A DNA stretch of 63,816 nt, filler included, from Octopus bimaculoides (lineage: Eukaryota): NCBI RefSeq assembly GCF_001194135.2. It is 4 parts of 4 records of this genome, joined end to end, with 100 filler letters (N's around TTAATTAATTAA, not from the genome) between each part and the next. Parts side by side here need not be neighbours in the genome. Positions count along the whole stretch, not along the records: positions 62,742 to 63,816 come from NW_026305223.1; 3 more parts are not named here. The stretch is one strand, 5' to 3'. Below are positions 62,642-63,816 of this stretch, one piece after another; position 1 is the first letter of the stretch; every line of letters begins with the position of its first letter. A program made the position numbers and the translations under genes. The notes beneath the pieces are model-generated. The model ran no database searches. It saw nothing but the letters and a program-made list of their open reading frames with translations, and was not told the origin of the DNA.

Positions 62642-62741
62642 NNNNNNNNNNNNNNNNNNNNNNNNNNNNNNNNNNNNNNNNNNNNTTAATTAATTAANNN
62701 NNNNNNNNNNNNNNNNNNNNNNNNNNNNNNNNNNNNNNNNN
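62642..62741. other. synthetic assembly spacer (44 N + TTAATTAATTAA + 44 N)
   Basis: Identical to 10102-10201. Confidence 0.97.
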
Positions 62742-63212
62742 ATATAGAAATTGACCATAATGTTGTTATTTAGCCTCAAATCAACCCTGATGTTGCAAAC
62801 GTATAATCAAAGACATTCCAGCCTTCAGCAAACCGTCTTTTTAGGGAAAACAATGGGCGTGTGATTTATGTAGGGGATACTTTGGCTACTATTTTTAACG
62901 TGTTGAGCGACCAGGTAGAGGCTCTTTCATTTGTTCGACTGCGCGATGAGATTTTTTAATACATATATGTAATATGCATATATATCATCGGCAGAAGTTA
63001 GAGAGTAAGGTAAAACCTGAGAGTTTCGTGTATTGGCACTTATCAAACACGCATTTATCCATTATCACTCTGTAATTTCTGACGAAATAACTTCTAAAAT
63101 ACAAAACTTTGTCAAAAACGTTAAGAATGAACCCTGTTCTATGTGACATATTCTACCAGTATCGGAAGTTTGAAAGTGTTTTGTTTAAAAAAAATTAATT
63201 AAATAATCTATA

Positions 63213-63325
63213 CGTCAAAGTCGATCTCGGCGAAATTTGAACTCAAAAAACGTAAAGACAGACGAAATATCATTAGACACTGCGCCCGGGGAGTTAACGT
63301 TTCTGCTAGGTCGCCGCCTTCGCAA
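63213..63325 (-). mobile_element. SINE family C 5' fragment
   Basis: aaagtcgatctcggcgaaatttgaactc...ttctgctaggtcgccgcctt. Confidence 0.6.
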
Positions 63326-63816
63326 GGAGACAGCCATTTTAGAAATGTATTCTTTATCTGTATTGCTTAAGCGTTACTTCTTACTTCCTTACTTACTGAC
63401 ATTAAATTTCGTTACATTTTACCTCATAACTGTTTTTCTACTAAGTTTTGTTCAATGCGACTAATGATTCTGAATTCCTCATGCATTTTTCTATCATTCA
63501 AGCCTAAAAAAAAAAAAAATACTTTTAATTTAAAATTAAAAAAAAATTATGATAACTGAAGATGAATATCTGTCTTACTGCCCACTTGAGGTCTGACATA
63601 TTTTGATGTAACTTGTTTTCTACTGAACCAAATCTCAAACTATTTATACCAAAGTGTAGCTGAGGAGGTGTCCTCTTTAAAACTATTAACAGTTTGTAAT
63701 TTACTTGAAAACTGAATTAGTGGTCAAGCTTGGAAGTTGCTGCGATTCACGAAATGGTGGACTTCAGAATATATTCAACTACTACCGTGGTTTAATGACT
63801 GTCATTATTATCATCA

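Overview
Repeat-saturated, AT-rich animal genomic DNA from a gappy draft assembly. The SINE repertoire and extreme microsatellite load look like an octopus or other coleoid cephalopod; this is recognition from memory, not a database result. No host protein-coding exon could be supported. Nearly all long ORFs in the track are artefacts of N-gaps or simple repeats. Three identical 100-bp synthetic spacers (44 N + TTAATTAATTAA + 44 N) split the window into four pieces (1-10101, 10202-34317, 34418-62641, 62742-63816) whose adjacency is unproven. The content is three main tRNA-derived SINE families, decayed LINEs (Tx1/L1-like, RTE, several R4/Dong-like RLE elements), a Ty3/Gypsy-like pol remnant, Tc1, mariner, hAT and MITE remnants, and a dispersed 5S rRNA copy. 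The most interesting signal is a set of short non-coding inverted-repeat elements, often in or next to (TA)n tracts, several carrying minimal type I hammerhead-ribozyme motifs of the Penelope-like-element style. One has an intact core (9925-9969) and at least four are decayed. A possible Penelope reverse-transcriptase relic lies at about 60-61 kb. The second lead is the 5S copy fused directly to a SINE 3' tail, a candidate SINE3-type chimera. All structure predictions and alignments were done by eye and need computational and experimental confirmation.
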